Counted from the stretch's first letter, positions 10,947 through 21,772 are shown. The stretch: 64,000 nucleotides of DNA from an uncultured Streptococcus sp. (GCA_963547765.1 CAUUSJ010000001.1:10507-74506); one strand, 5' to 3'. Notes: generated by a model not told the origin, from the letters alone. Numbers and translations are program-made.

Positions 10947-12023
10947 ATGAAGAAAAAAATCCTTACAGGAGCAGTAACTCTCTTTTCTGTGGTGGCTTTA
11001 GCAGCATGTTCACAAACGGCAAAAGATAAAGATATTGTGACAATGAAAGGTGAGACAATCACAGTAAGTGAATTTTACGATCAAGTAAAAAATAATGGTG
11101 CCTCTCAACAAGTTTTGCTTCAAATGGCCATTAAGCAAGTTTTTGAAGAAAAGTATGGCAAAAAAGTAACGGATAAAGAGGTTGAAGAAGCCTTTGAAAA
11201 AATGAAATCTGCTTATGGTTCTGCCTTCCAAAATGTTCTTGCTCAAAGCGGAATGACAGAAGATGCCTATAGAGACCAGATCCGCGCAAATAAATTAGTT
11301 GAATACGCTGTTAAGAAAGCAGCTGAAAAAGAGTTGACAGATGACAACTACAAGGCTTTCTTTGAAACGTATACACCAGAAGTGACGGCTCAAATTATCA
11401 AGGTGGACAGTGAAGAAAAGGCTAAGGAAGTGCTTGAAAAAGCCAAGGCTGAGGGAGCAGACTTTGGTCAGTTGGCCAAGGAAAACTCAACCGATAAGGA
11501 CACCAAAGATAAGGGCGGCGAGGTGAAATTTGATTCAACCTCAACAACAGTTGCGGATGCCGTTAAAAAAGCTACTTTTGCCTTAGAAGAAAATGGCGTT
11601 TCTGATGTAATCACTGTACGAGGTAAGCAGAACTATTCAGCAAGCTACTACATTGTTAAATTGGTGAAGAAAACTCAAAAATCTGCAAAATGGACAGATT
11701 ACAAAAAGCAACTAAAAGAGGGAATCCTGACTCAAAAACAAAACGATGCAAGCTTTATTCGTTCCGTTATTTCTAAAGAATTGAAGGAAGCGAATCTGAA
11801 AGTGAAGGATCCGGCTTTCCAAAATGTCTTTGCCCAATATGTAGAAGGGGATACTTCTAGCTCATCGTCTAAAGAAGAAAGCAAGTCTCAGTCTTCTAGT
11901 TCAGAAGAAAAGAAATCACAATCTTCTAGCTCGGAAGAAGCAAAATCTGGGGCTTCAAGCTCAGAAGAAAGCAAGTCAGAAGCTGCTCATACTGAAGAAA
12001 ACCCAGCTCCTGCAGCAGAATAA
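10947..12023 (+). CDS. prsA: Foldase lipoprotein PrsA
   Basis: Lipobox LAAC, parvulin-like core, Ser/Glu-rich tail. Confidence 0.93.
   Translation: MKKKILTGAVTLFSVVALAACSQTAKDKDIVTMKGETITVSEFYDQVKNNGASQQVLLQMAIKQVFEEKYGKKVTDKEVEEAFEKMKSAYGSAFQNVLAQSGMTEDAYRDQIRANKLVEYAVKKAAEKELTDDNYKAFFETYTPEVTAQIIKVDSEEKAKEVLEKAKAEGADFGQLAKENSTDKDTKDKGGEVKFDSTSTTVADAVKKATFALEENGVSDVITVRGKQNYSASYYIVKLVKKTQKSAKWTDYKKQLKEGILTQKQNDASFIRSVISKELKEANLKVKDPAFQNVFAQYVEGDTSSSSSKEESKSQSSSSEEKKSQSSSSEEAKSGASSSEESKSEAAHTEENPAPAAE
11853..11980 (+). repeat. About four imperfect 30-nt tandem repeats encoding SSSSEE(K/A/S)KS
   Basis: tcttctagttcagaagaaaag / tcttctagctcggaagaagca / gcttcaagctcagaagaaagc. Confidence 0.7.
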
Positions 12024-12025
12024 GC

Positions 12026-12054
12026 TTGACGAAAAGCCAAGAAGTCAGTATAAT
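12026..12054 (+). promoter_or_regulatory. sigmaA promoter of the T-box/alaS transcript
   Basis: TTGACG-17-TATAAT. Confidence 0.8.
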
Positions 12055-12059
12055 AAAAT

Positions 12060-12241
12060 TATTGAGAATTGATTTTCTAAATCTCAGCTCAGAGAATTGG
12101 CGGTGCTGCGAGCCATGTGAGAGGAAAATTCATGCTACTCATGTTTCAAACTAAATAGCTAATGAGAATGACAAGTTCATTGAATGAAGGTGGTACCGCG
12201 GTTTTTCGCCCTTCGTGATGTGAGCTTGTCTTTTGATTTTT
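12060..12241 (+). ncRNA. T-box riboswitch (Ala)
   Basis: AGAGA and GGTGCTGCGAGCC stem I motifs, GCT specifier candidate at 12134-12136, AAGGTGGTACCGCG T-box at 12187-12200; upstream of alaS. Confidence 0.88.
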
Positions 12242-12251
12242 GGAGGTGTTT

Positions 12252-12737
12252 ATGAAGACATTTCTCGTGAAACAAAAGTTTCGTCTTGGAGGCGAACGCT
12301 TCGATATCAAGGATGACAGAGGAGTAGTGAACTATCAGGTGGAGGGATCTTTCTTCCAAATTCCTAAGACCTTTACCATTTATGACGCCTATGGTGAGCA
12401 AGTCAGTGAGATCAGTAAAGAATTTTTCACCTTACTTCCTCGCTTTAATATCCAGTTACGAAACGGTTCCAATTTTGTCATTCGTAAGAAGTTGACCTTC
12501 TTTCGAGATAAGTATGAGTTTGATGATCTAGGGCTTCGTATCGAGGGCAATATCTGGGATTTAAATTTTAAATTACTAGATAATCGCGATCAAGTCGTGG
12601 CAGAGATTACCAAGGAACTTTTCCATCTGACCTCCACTTATCAGGTGAATGTCTATGATGAGGCTTACTCAGATTTGGTCATTTCCCTCTGCGTTGCCAT
12701 TGACTATGTGGAGATGCTGGAAAGTCAATCAAATTAA
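12252..12737 (+). CDS. LURP-one/scramblase (Tubby C-like) family protein
   Basis: KQKF...FDIKD...YQVEGS and IEGNIWD pattern; GGAGG RBS. Confidence 0.75.
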   Translation: MKTFLVKQKFRLGGERFDIKDDRGVVNYQVEGSFFQIPKTFTIYDAYGEQVSEISKEFFTLLPRFNIQLRNGSNFVIRKKLTFFRDKYEFDDLGLRIEGNIWDLNFKLLDNRDQVVAEITKELFHLTSTYQVNVYDEAYSDLVISLCVAIDYVEMLESQSN

Positions 12738-12758
12738 ACAAGTAAATAAGGAGATATT

Positions 12759-15377
12759 ATGAAACAACTATCTAGTGCTCAAGTTCGCCAAATGTGGCTA
12801 GATTTCTGGGCAAGTAAAGGCCACTCTGTAGAACCATCAGTCAGCTTGGTTCCTGTAAATGACCCAACTCTTTTGTGGATTAACTCTGGGGTAGCAACTC
12901 TTAAGAAATATTTTGACGGGACCATTATCCCAGAAAATCCACGCATTACCAATGCGCAAAAAGCGATTCGTACAAACGACATTGAAAACGTAGGGAAGAC
13001 TGCGCGCCACCATACTATGTTTGAAATGTTGGGGAACTTCTCTATCGGGGATTACTTCCGTGATGAAGCTATTACTTGGGCTTATGAACTCTTGACAAGC
13101 CCTGAGTGGTTTGACTTCCCAGCTGAAAAACTCTATATGACCTACTATCCAGACGATAAAGATTCTTACAACCGCTGGATTGAAGTGGGAGTGGATCCAA
13201 ATCACTTGATCCCAATCGAGGACAACTTCTGGGAAATCGGTGCGGGACCTTCTGGACCTGATACTGAGATCTTCTTTGACCGTGGAGAAGCCTTTGACCC
13301 AGAAAATATCGGCATTCGCCTGCTTGCAGAAGATATCGAAAACGACCGTTATATCGAAATCTGGAACATTGTTTTGTCACAATTTAACGCAGACCCTGCC
13401 GTTCCTCGTAGCGAGTACAAGGAATTGCCACACAAGAACATTGATACGGGCGCTGGTTTGGAGCGTTTGGTGGCAGTTATCCAAGGGGCTAAGACAAACT
13501 TTGAAACAGACCTCTTCATGCCAATCATTCGTGAAGTTGAGAAATTGTCTGGTAAGGTCTACGACCAAGATGGCGACAACATGAGCTTCAAGGTTATTGC
13601 GGACCATATTCGTTCGCTTTCCTTTGCCATTGGTGATGGCGCTCTTCCAGGAAATGAAGGCCGTGGCTATGTTCTTCGTCGTCTTCTCCGTCGTGCTTCC
13701 ATGCATGGTCAAAAATTGGGTATCAACGAGCCTTTCCTTTACAAACTTGTTCCAACTGTTGGGAAAATCATGGAAAGCTACTACCCAGAAGTGCTTGAAA
13801 AACGTGACTTTATCGAGAAAATCGTCAAGAGCGAAGAAGAGTCATTTGCCCGTACCCTTCATTCAGGTCAACACTTTGCCCAAGGCATCGTAGCAGACTT
13901 GAAAGAAAAAGGTCAAACGGTTATCGCTGGTCAAGATGTCTTTAAACTCTACGATACATACGGATTCCCAGTTGAATTGACAGAAGAAATCGCTGAAGAA
14001 GCAGGTATGACTGTGGACCGTGGAGGTTTTGAAGCAGCCATGAAAGAGCAGCAAGAACGTGCGCGTGCGTCAGCTGTTAAAGGTGGCTCAATGGGTATGC
14101 AAAATGAAACCCTGCAAAACATCACAGTGGAAAGTGTCTTCAACTACAATGCGAGTCAATTGCCTTCTAAGTTGGTGGCTATCGTGGCTGACAATGCAGA
14201 AGTAGAAGCTGTATCTGAAGGAACTGCCTCTCTCATCTTTGCAGTGACTCCATTCTACGCTGAAATGGGTGGACAAGTAGCTGACCACGGTCAAATCTTG
14301 GATGCTGCAGGAAACGTCGTGGCTACTGTAACAGATGTTCAAAAAGCACCAAACGGACAAGCTCTTCATACTGTCGAAGTTCATGCACCACTTGCTTTGA
14401 ATCAAGAATATATCTTGGCAATTGATACCAATCGTCGTCACCGTGTCATGAAAAACCACACAGCGACTCACTTGCTTCATGCGGCACTTCACAATATCCT
14501 TGGTCACCATGCGACACAAGCAGGATCGCTGAACGAAGTCGAATTCCTTCGCTTTGACTTCACACATTTCCAAGCAGTAACTCCTGAAGAATTGCGTACC
14601 ATTGAACAACAAGTCAATGAGAAAATCTGGGAAGCAATTGCAGTAGAAACTGTTGAGACAGATATTGACACAGCAAAAGAAATGGGAGCTATGGCCCTCT
14701 TTGGTGAAAAATACGGTAAAGAAGTCCGTGTTGTGACTATCGGCGATTACTCAGTCGAGCTTTGTGGTGGTACCCACGTTGGCAACACTTCTGAGATTGG
14801 CCTCTTCAAAATTGTCAAAGAAGAAGGAATCGGATCAGGAACTCGCCGTATCTTGGCCGTGACTGGCAAGGAAGCCTTTGAAGCCTATCGTGAGCAAGAA
14901 GATGCCCTTAAAGCAGTGGCAGCGACTTTGAAAGCACCTCAACTCAAGGAAGTACCTCATAAAGTTGAAGGACTTCAAGAGCAACTCCGTCAATTGCAAA
15001 AAGAAAATGCAGAATTGAAGGAAAAAGCCGCAGCCGCAGCTGCAGGTGATGTCTTCAAGGATGTGAAGGAAGTCAACGGCCACCGTTACATCGCTAGCCA
15101 GGTTTCTGTATCAGATGCAGGTGCCCTTCGTACCTTTGCGGATAACTGGAAACAAAAAGACTACTCTGACGTGCTTGTCCTAGTTGCCGCTATCGGTGAC
15201 AAAGTCAATGTTCTTGTAGCTAGCAAGACAAAAGATGTGCATGCAGGAAACCTTGTCAAAGAATTGGCTCCAATCGTCGATGGACGTGGTGGTGGTAAAC
15301 CAGACATGGCCATGGCAGGAGGAAGCAGCCAAGCCAAAATCCAAGAACTCTTGGATGCAGTAGCGGGTAAATTGTAG
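12759..15377 (+). CDS. alaS: Alanine--tRNA ligase
   Basis: [36 protein letters not shown]. Confidence 0.98.
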   Translation: MKQLSSAQVRQMWLDFWASKGHSVEPSVSLVPVNDPTLLWINSGVATLKKYFDGTIIPENPRITNAQKAIRTNDIENVGKTARHHTMFEMLGNFSIGDYFRDEAITWAYELLTSPEWFDFPAEKLYMTYYPDDKDSYNRWIEVGVDPNHLIPIEDNFWEIGAGPSGPDTEIFFDRGEAFDPENIGIRLLAEDIENDRYIEIWNIVLSQFNADPAVPRSEYKELPHKNIDTGAGLERLVAVIQGAKTNFETDLFMPIIREVEKLSGKVYDQDGDNMSFKVIADHIRSLSFAIGDGALPGNEGRGYVLRRLLRRASMHGQKLGINEPFLYKLVPTVGKIMESYYPEVLEKRDFIEKIVKSEEESFARTLHSGQHFAQGIVADLKEKGQTVIAGQDVFKLYDTYGFPVELTEEIAEEAGMTVDRGGFEAAMKEQQERARASAVKGGSMGMQNETLQNITVESVFNYNASQLPSKLVAIVADNAEVEAVSEGTASLIFAVTPFYAEMGGQVADHGQILDAAGNVVATVTDVQKAPNGQALHTVEVHAPLALNQEYILAIDTNRRHRVMKNHTATHLLHAALHNILGHHATQAGSLNEVEFLRFDFTHFQAVTPEELRTIEQQVNEKIWEAIAVETVETDIDTAKEMGAMALFGEKYGKEVRVVTIGDYSVELCGGTHVGNTSEIGLFKIVKEEGIGSGTRRILAVTGKEAFEAYREQEDALKAVAATLKAPQLKEVPHKVEGLQEQLRQLQKENAELKEKAAAAAAGDVFKDVKEVNGHRYIASQVSVSDAGALRTFADNWKQKDYSDVLVLVAAIGDKVNVLVASKTKDVHAGNLVKELAPIVDGRGGGKPDMAMAGGSSQAKIQELLDAVAGKL

Positions 15378-15465
15378 TATGCTTTTTAAGATCAGGATTC
15401 AGTCCTGGTCTTTTTTACTTCTTATTTTGTAAAGGATCTAAGTCTTTCTGACAAAAATATTTATT

Positions 15466-15510
15466 TTTTTGACAAATATACTTGTCAAAAAGAAAAGAAT
15501 CTGTTACAAT
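15466..15510 (+). promoter_or_regulatory. Promoter with a palindromic operator over the -35
   Basis: TTTTTGACAA-N6-TTGTCAAAAA; TTGTCA-17-TACAAT with TG extension. Confidence 0.65.
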
Positions 15511-15548
15511 GTATTTAAGTTAAGAAGAAAAGATAAAAGGAGGAACTA

Positions 15549-15869
15549 ATGGAGATACTGTTTTGGTGTCTACTTCCGATATTTTCTGGTTTGTGGCTGA
15601 TGTCATCCAGTGAATTGAAAAATGTAAAAAGGAAGTTGAAACGTTTAGAGAGAAATAAAGAAAGGAGTGGAGAAATGTCACGTTTTTTTAAAGAAATGAT
15701 TGGGAAAAAACCGATCATCATTGGTGAAGTTTTCGGGACAGATTGCTGGGAGGTAGTTGATGCTGACGACGATTGGGTTAAGTTGAGTAAGACCAATAAA
15801 AAAGGTCAAACAAGAATGAAGCTCATGCGCATTGACGATATCAAGTCTGTTGAACTGAAAGAAGACTGA
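15549..15869 (+). CDS. Hypothetical protein: N-terminal membrane helix, coiled coil, small beta-rich domain
   Basis: AGGAGG RBS; sequence pattern. Confidence 0.7.
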   Translation: MEILFWCLLPIFSGLWLMSSSELKNVKRKLKRLERNKERSGEMSRFFKEMIGKKPIIIGEVFGTDCWEVVDADDDWVKLSKTNKKGQTRMKLMRIDDIKSVELKED

Positions 15870-15880
15870 GAGGTGCTGTC

Positions 15881-16087
15881 ATGAAGCTGAAAAATCGACT
15901 CAAAGAGCTGAGGGCTAGAGACGGGCTGAATCAAACTGACTTAGCCAAGAAAGCCGGCGTGTCACGGCAGACGATTAGCTTGCTGGAGCGGGATGAATAT
16001 ACGCCCTCCGTGGTCATTGCTCTCAAAATTGCTCAGATTTTCAACGAAAGTGTCGAAAATGTCTTTCGCCTGGTGGAGGAAGAGTAG
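15881..16087 (+). CDS. XRE-family HTH transcriptional regulator
   Basis: NRLKELR...QTDLA...VSRQTISLLER. Confidence 0.92.
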   Translation: MKLKNRLKELRARDGLNQTDLAKKAGVSRQTISLLERDEYTPSVVIALKIAQIFNESVENVFRLVEEE

Positions 16088-16257
16088 GTAGTCAGGAAAA
16101 ATCAGTTGCTGGAGATAGTTTATGATAGTCATCTTCTCATGAAGACTAGCAAGCAAGCTTTCATATCATAGCGATTACTTGATCTGATCCTAATTAGCTG
16201 TGTAAGTATATTAGTGCTTTTTCGCAAGTGACGGAAAGTAAAACAAGGAGAAAAACA

Positions 16258-16611
16258 ATGCAAGAATTTATGGAAAACTTTAAAGTTAACGAAGAACAAG
16301 CAAAAATTGCTGGTGTCTGTGCAGGTTTGGCGGATTATTTTGGGATAAAGGTAGCTTATATTCGTCTGATCTTCGCAGTTGTAGTGCTAGCATCAACTGA
16401 GTTAGGGATTTTTGTAGCCTTGGGCTATGCCTATCTGGCAGGATGGTTGCAAAGGGATTATTTGTGGAATAAAATGAGCAAAAAAGTCAGAAATCACTTT
16501 ATTTTTCTGATGACAGTCCTGATTATTTTACCTTTATTTGGCCGTGAAATACTGGAAATTGCCTCTGATTTTATTAGCCAAGTCATGACTTGGTTGACTG
16601 CGCTTATTTAA
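16258..16611 (+). CDS. PspC-domain membrane protein
   Basis: KIAGVCAGLADYFGI motif. Confidence 0.85.
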   Translation: MQEFMENFKVNEEQAKIAGVCAGLADYFGIKVAYIRLIFAVVVLASTELGIFVALGYAYLAGWLQRDYLWNKMSKKVRNHFIFLMTVLIILPLFGREILEIASDFISQVMTWLTALI

Positions 16612-16626
16612 GAATAGGAGAAAACA

Positions 16627-17367
16627 ATGTCAACAAAGAAAAGAATATTGAGAAATATCGGCATCTTAATTCTTGCTGCTATATTAGGAGGAGCAGTTGT
16701 TTTTATAATGGATCATTTTGAGCATTTCTCTTGGCCGACCGTCTTAAATGTTGAACTGCTGAAGAACATTGGTCGAGCGAGTTTGTTCATTCTCTATCCC
16801 GTAACCTTTTTCTTGCTCTATCAGACGCATAAAGTTCACGGGGCTTACCAGAGAGAAGAAGATGATGACAAAAGTTATGAGCTATATCGTCAAACTTTTA
16901 AAACCCTAGAATATGCGACGATTTTATATAATATCTCGTCTGCTCTGACTCTATTCACCCTCTTTGTAGGAGTGAGCTACCTAGGTCAGCTGCTAGGGTC
17001 AGAAACGACGATTCACATTCCATTTTATGATATTGCACTGTTTCTTGCTTTGATGTTAGGTCAAATTCTTGTATTGAAAACCACTCAGAAGGTTCGTCAA
17101 TATAAATTATCTGCTATGCCGACCATTGAGGAGATGAAGGACTATGCGCTGTCCTATGATGAAGGAGAGTTGCAGGCTCATTATGAGCAGAGCTTTTTGA
17201 CCCTCTTCAACCTCAATCAGCGCCTCATTCCAGGCCTTTATGTCTTGCTCTTTATTCTTGGAGTTGGGACACCAATGCAGGTCGTATCTGGCATGATTGT
17301 CTTAACCATTATTTTTGTCTATATCAATGTGGACTCCTATCAAGCAGTTAAAAGATATTTCAAATAA
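16627..17367 (+). CDS. DUF3169-like membrane protein
   Basis: Multiple TM helices with YDEGE motif; XRE-linked context. Confidence 0.7.
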   Translation: MSTKKRILRNIGILILAAILGGAVVFIMDHFEHFSWPTVLNVELLKNIGRASLFILYPVTFFLLYQTHKVHGAYQREEDDDKSYELYRQTFKTLEYATILYNISSALTLFTLFVGVSYLGQLLGSETTIHIPFYDIALFLALMLGQILVLKTTQKVRQYKLSAMPTIEEMKDYALSYDEGELQAHYEQSFLTLFNLNQRLIPGLYVLLFILGVGTPMQVVSGMIVLTIIFVYINVDSYQAVKRYFK

Positions 17368-17512
17368 GCTGTTTGTCGGCCTAAAAGGAGTTCGTTTGAA
17401 ACTAGTGAGCTTTATCTTTCCTAGTATCTATATTGGACTGATACTGCTAAATCTTCTATTCCAATTGGAATCGTTAAACGTTATTATAAGTAAGAAAGTG
17501 AGAAGAGGCCTT

Positions 17513-18346
17513 ATGTCACAAGTGATTCAAGTAGAGAATATTTCTAAAAGTTTTGGAGAGAAAAAAGCTTTAGAACGGATTAATTTTCATATCGATCAAG
17601 GAGAAATTTTCGGATTTTTAGGACCATCTGGATCGGGAAAAACAACCTTAATTAATATCCTGACAGGCCAGCTTGATGCCGACAATGGTCAAAGTAAAAT
17701 CCTTGGTAAAGCTTCAGATGCTATTAATGCTCAGGATTTGGTGAAAATTGGCCTAGTATCTGATACAAGTGGCTTTTATGAGAAGATGACTCTCTATAAA
17801 AACCTGCAGATATATGCGAAATTATACGATTTAAAAAATGAACGGATAGATGAAGTTTTAGAGCAGGTTGGTCTGTTAGAAAGCAAAAATATTGTAGCAG
17901 AAAAACTTTCGACAGGTATGAAGCAGCGAATGTTTCTAGCTCGGGCTCTTTTAAATAATCCTGAGGTCTTATTCTTGGATGAGCCAACGAGTGGACTTGA
18001 TCCTCGTACTTCCAAGGTGATTCATGAGCTTTTGCTTGAGCTGAAGAAAAAGGGAACAACTATTTTTCTGACGACGCATGATATGCATGAAGCGAGCGCC
18101 CTTTGTGATCGACTGGCCCTGCTAAATAAGGGAGTATTAGTAGAATATGGCGAGCCGAAAGCTATTATTCAAAAATATAACACAGCCAAGAAAGTTAAAA
18201 TTAGCTATGAAAATGGAGAAACCGAGCAAATTTCGTTCTCAGAATTAGCTACAAAAGACCTAAAATTTGCTATTACAGTACATTCTTGCGAACCTACATT
18301 AGAAGAAATCTTTATTCAATTAACAGGAGAAAAATTAGATGTATAA
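17513..18346 (+). CDS. ABC transporter ATP-binding protein
   Basis: GPSGSGKT, LSTGMKQR, LFLDEPT. Confidence 0.93.
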   Translation: MSQVIQVENISKSFGEKKALERINFHIDQGEIFGFLGPSGSGKTTLINILTGQLDADNGQSKILGKASDAINAQDLVKIGLVSDTSGFYEKMTLYKNLQIYAKLYDLKNERIDEVLEQVGLLESKNIVAEKLSTGMKQRMFLARALLNNPEVLFLDEPTSGLDPRTSKVIHELLLELKKKGTTIFLTTHDMHEASALCDRLALLNKGVLVEYGEPKAIIQKYNTAKKVKISYENGETEQISFSELATKDLKFAITVHSCEPTLEEIFIQLTGEKLDV

Positions 18347-19031
18347 AAAAATTAAAGCTCTCACATGGCTGCGTACTCAGATTTTATTGACAAACTCTTC
18401 TTTGCTTATGTCCGTCCTGCTGCCCTTTGGCCTCCTCTTTTTGTACAATATGATTTTAAATAAGAATGGCAATGCAGGTCAAGGACTATTGAAGATGATC
18501 CTGCCTATGACCTTTGCTATGAGTGGCGGCTACATGGTGTCTATTATGATGGCAGAGGACAAGGAAAAGCGCAATCTAAAAACCTTGATGTTGAGCGGGG
18601 TTCGTTCTACTGAATACCTCTTATCCATGTTGGTTTATCCCTTCTTATTTACAGTCTTTGCCTTGCTTTTTTTCCCATATTATTTGCATGTAGATCTCTC
18701 TGGCAAATGGCCTATCTATCTTTTGATCAATCTCTTAATTATTGTTATTATCCTTTTAATCAATCTTTTTATTGGTGGTATTTCTAAGACACAATCACAA
18801 GCTCAGGTTTATAGTTTATTTCCGCTGTTGCTGATTAGTTTTGTACCCCTATTTGCTAGCTTTGATAAAACAATACAGCATATTCTGCGGTTTACTTTTA
18901 TGAATCCATTTATCAACTTCTTTGAAACAGGAGACTATTCTTTTAAAATTGAAGATTTCTCTAATTTGGTGATTTGGCTTCTTATTTTTATCAGTGCAAG
19001 CACCTATGTCTTGAGTAAAGGCCGAAAATGA
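18339..19031 (+). CDS. ABC-2 type permease
   Basis: Six TM segments, AEDKEKRNL motif; overlaps the ATPase gene. Confidence 0.85.
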   Translation: MYKKIKALTWLRTQILLTNSSLLMSVLLPFGLLFLYNMILNKNGNAGQGLLKMILPMTFAMSGGYMVSIMMAEDKEKRNLKTLMLSGVRSTEYLLSMLVYPFLFTVFALLFFPYYLHVDLSGKWPIYLLINLLIIVIILLINLFIGGISKTQSQAQVYSLFPLLLISFVPLFASFDKTIQHILRFTFMNPFINFFETGDYSFKIEDFSNLVIWLLIFISASTYVLSKGRK

Positions 19032-19044
19032 TGGAGGAGCTTTT

Positions 19045-19605
19045 ATGAAATTAATCAAAAAAATCAACTTTATGGAAGAAAAGAAATATGTAATCGGGCT
19101 AAATGTAGCGGGCCTCTTGCTGATTTTTCCCTTCTCCATGCTTTTTGCGAAATTGACCCAGTTAATATTCCGAGCTGATCATTATGATTTTTCGGGTCTA
19201 GATCTGGCCTATTTGTTAGTTTTTACCTTTATCCTTGTCATCATCCATGAGTACATCCACGGTTTCTTCTTCAAGTTTTTTGGTAAAGGGAAGGCCAAGG
19301 TAAAGTTTGGTTTTAAAAATGGGATGGCTTATGCGACTAGTCCAGGAACTTTTTACAATCGTAAGGACTTCTTGGTCATTGGTTTGGCACCTTTTGTTTT
19401 GATTAGCCTACTTCTGACTTTATTGGCCATGCTGGGCTTGCTCAGTTCAACTCTCTACATGCCCTTAGCGAGCATTCATGCAGCGGGCTGTGTTGGTGAC
19501 TTTTACATCGCTTTGCTGCTGTTGGGGCAGACTGATGATATTCTGGTCGAGGATACTGAGGTTGGGATGAATTTTTACCAGAAAGAAGAGCCTAGTCAGG
19601 GCTAG
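19045..19605 (+). CDS. DUF3267 putative membrane zinc peptidase
   Basis: HEYIH, LAPF and GCVGD motifs. Confidence 0.8.
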   Translation: MKLIKKINFMEEKKYVIGLNVAGLLLIFPFSMLFAKLTQLIFRADHYDFSGLDLAYLLVFTFILVIIHEYIHGFFFKFFGKGKAKVKFGFKNGMAYATSPGTFYNRKDFLVIGLAPFVLISLLLTLLAMLGLLSSTLYMPLASIHAAGCVGDFYIALLLLGQTDDILVEDTEVGMNFYQKEEPSQG

Positions 19606-19792
19606 CAATCACAAGTATTGTATGCTTTTTTAAAATGTCTATTAAAGAGTAATATACTTGATAATTTAAAGATGTGGCGCAATGTTGATCTTGCCTCAAT
19701 GGATGGCAGCGTGATACTAATTTCAAATTTAAAACAAATGAAAACCGAAGGACTAGAAGTTCCTTCGGGTTTTGTATATAAGAGAAAAATGA

Positions 19793-20905
19793 TTAGACAA
19801 GTTCGTCAATAGAAATATAATCGAGATTCAAGCCTTCTGCAACTGGTCGGCTAGTGATGTGGCCGTGATAGGTTGTGACACCTTCACGCAATCCAGCGTC
19901 GTCTGCAATAGCTTGTTTGAAGCCTTTGCTAGCCAGTGCTTCAATATAAGGAAGGGTGACATTGGTCAGAGCGATAGTAGAAGTACGGGCTACGGCACCT
20001 GGGATATTGGCTACTGCATAGTGGAGAACACCGTGTTTCTCATAGACTGGCTCATCGTGGGTTGTCACGCGGTCAGCAGTCTCGATAACACCACCTTGGT
20101 CAACAGCCACGTCAACAATGACAGAACCAGGGCGCATTTGCTTCACCATATCGTCAGTCACCAGTTTTGGAGCTTTAGCACCAGGAATAAGCACAGCTCC
20201 AATCACGACATCTGCTTCGCGGACGCTTGCCTCGATGTTAAATGGATTGGACATGAGGGTTTGAATTTGGTTGCCAAAGACTTCTTCTAGCACAGATAGA
20301 CGTTTGGCACTAATATCGAGAATCGTAACTTGAGCGCCTAGTCCCAGAGCGATGCGGGCTGCATGAGTTCCTACAACACCGCCTCCGATGATGGTGACTT
20401 TACCTTTTGGCACACCTGGTACACCGCCAAGGAGAACGCCAGATCCGCCTGTCTGTTTGGTTAGGAAATGAGCTCCGATTTGAACCGCCATACGACCAGC
20501 CACCTCGCTCATAGGTATTAAGAGTGGTAGTTGCCCTTGTCCGTCACGTACAGTCTCGTAGGCTACCCCGGTAGTTTTAGCAGTTACCATAGCTTGGGCT
20601 AATTCGGGAGCAGCGGCCATGTGCAGGTAAGTGAAGAGTAGAAGGTCGTCGCGCAAGAACTGGTACTCAGCTTCCAGCGGTTCTTTAACCTTAACAACCA
20701 ACTCAGCTGCCCAGGCTTCAGCAGCAGTGGCAACGATTTTTGCACCTTGCTTTTCATAGTCTGCATCTGCAAAGCCAGATCCAAGTCCAGCATTTGTTTC
20801 GATCAGCACCTGATGGCCTTTTCCTACAAGACTGTGCACACCAGCTGGCGTCAGAGCAACGCGATTTTCATTATTTTTAATTTCTCTTGGAATTCCGATT
20901 AACAT
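19793..20905 (-). CDS. ald: Alanine dehydrogenase
   Basis: [30 protein letters not shown]. Confidence 0.96.
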   Translation of the reverse strand: MLIGIPREIKNNENRVALTPAGVHSLVGKGHQVLIETNAGLGSGFADADYEKQGAKIVATAAEAWAAELVVKVKEPLEAEYQFLRDDLLLFTYLHMAAAPELAQAMVTAKTTGVAYETVRDGQGQLPLLIPMSEVAGRMAVQIGAHFLTKQTGGSGVLLGGVPGVPKGKVTIIGGGVVGTHAARIALGLGAQVTILDISAKRLSVLEEVFGNQIQTLMSNPFNIEASVREADVVIGAVLIPGAKAPKLVTDDMVKQMRPGSVIVDVAVDQGGVIETADRVTTHDEPVYEKHGVLHYAVANIPGAVARTSTIALTNVTLPYIEALASKGFKQAIADDAGLREGVTTYHGHITSRPVAEGLNLDYISIDELV

Positions 20906-21080
20906 AGAGCTTTACTCCTTTTTCTAACGCTAGGATCTCCGAATATAGGACTACAAAGGGACCTAGGTCAATTATTGTGATGTTTTCATTTTAAAGGAAA
21001 CTATCGCAAAAAGCAAGAAAAAAAGGATTGTTTTGAGCAGGAAATTATGCTATTCTGATAAGAAAAATCAGGAGGAAGAG

Positions 21081-21650
21081 ATGGAAAATATTTATGTTAA
21101 GCTGAGCCAGCATTCCAGAATTGAGACGGAACGATTGATCTTGCGTCCGGTGACTTTGGATGACGCACCAGCCATGTTTGAATATGCTTCAGACGAGGAG
21201 AATGTTCGCTATACCTTTGCGACCAACAAAAATTTAGAGGAAACCCGCAATAATATTGCCTTGTTTTACTTGGCGAATCCTTTGGGGCGCTGGGGCATCG
21301 AGCTAAAAGAGACTGGTGATTTTATCGGGACGATTGACCTGCATAAGATTCGCTTGGATTTGAAAACGGCAGCTATCGGCTATGTGATCCATAAAAAATA
21401 CTGGAATCAGGGCTATACGACGGAGGCCAATCGGGCGGTGCTTGAGCTGGCTTTTGAAGAAATTGGCATGAACAAATTGGTTGCTCTACATGATATTGAC
21501 AATCCTGCCTCCGGCCGTGTCATGCAAAAGTCAGGCATGATCTTTTCGCACGAAGAGCCATACGCAGCCTTGGACCAGCATGAGGAAGGGCGCATAGTGA
21601 CGCGGCTGCATTACTATCTGACCAGAGACCAATATTTCGCAAAAAAATGA
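21081..21650 (+). CDS. RimJ/RimL-type GNAT N-acetyltransferase
   Basis: ETERLILR, YWNQGYTTEA, NPASGRVMQKSG. Confidence 0.9.
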   Translation: MENIYVKLSQHSRIETERLILRPVTLDDAPAMFEYASDEENVRYTFATNKNLEETRNNIALFYLANPLGRWGIELKETGDFIGTIDLHKIRLDLKTAAIGYVIHKKYWNQGYTTEANRAVLELAFEEIGMNKLVALHDIDNPASGRVMQKSGMIFSHEEPYAALDQHEEGRIVTRLHYYLTRDQYFAKK

Positions 21651-21699
21651 GAAAGAATATTGACAAGTGCCTATCTACATGATATAGTAGATAGGTAAT

Positions 21700-21772
21700 G
21701 CTGATTTAGCTCAGTAGGCAGAGCGCATCCATGGTAAGGATGAGGTCGCCGGTTCGATCCCGGCAATTAGCA
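21700..21772 (+). tRNA. tRNA-Thr(GGT)
   Basis: Cloverleaf: GCTGATT/AATTAGC acceptor, CATCC-ATGGTAA-GGATG anticodon arm, GGTTCGATCCC T arm; CCA not encoded; own promoter and terminator. Confidence 0.95.

Noticed and set aside
17315..17512. 66-aa N-terminal extension of the ABC ATPase
   Set aside because: Overlaps the upstream gene and intergenic DNA; an RBS precedes the ATG at 17513
19618..19812. 64-aa ORF before the ald 3' end
   Set aside because: TTG start without RBS; runs through the terminator hairpin
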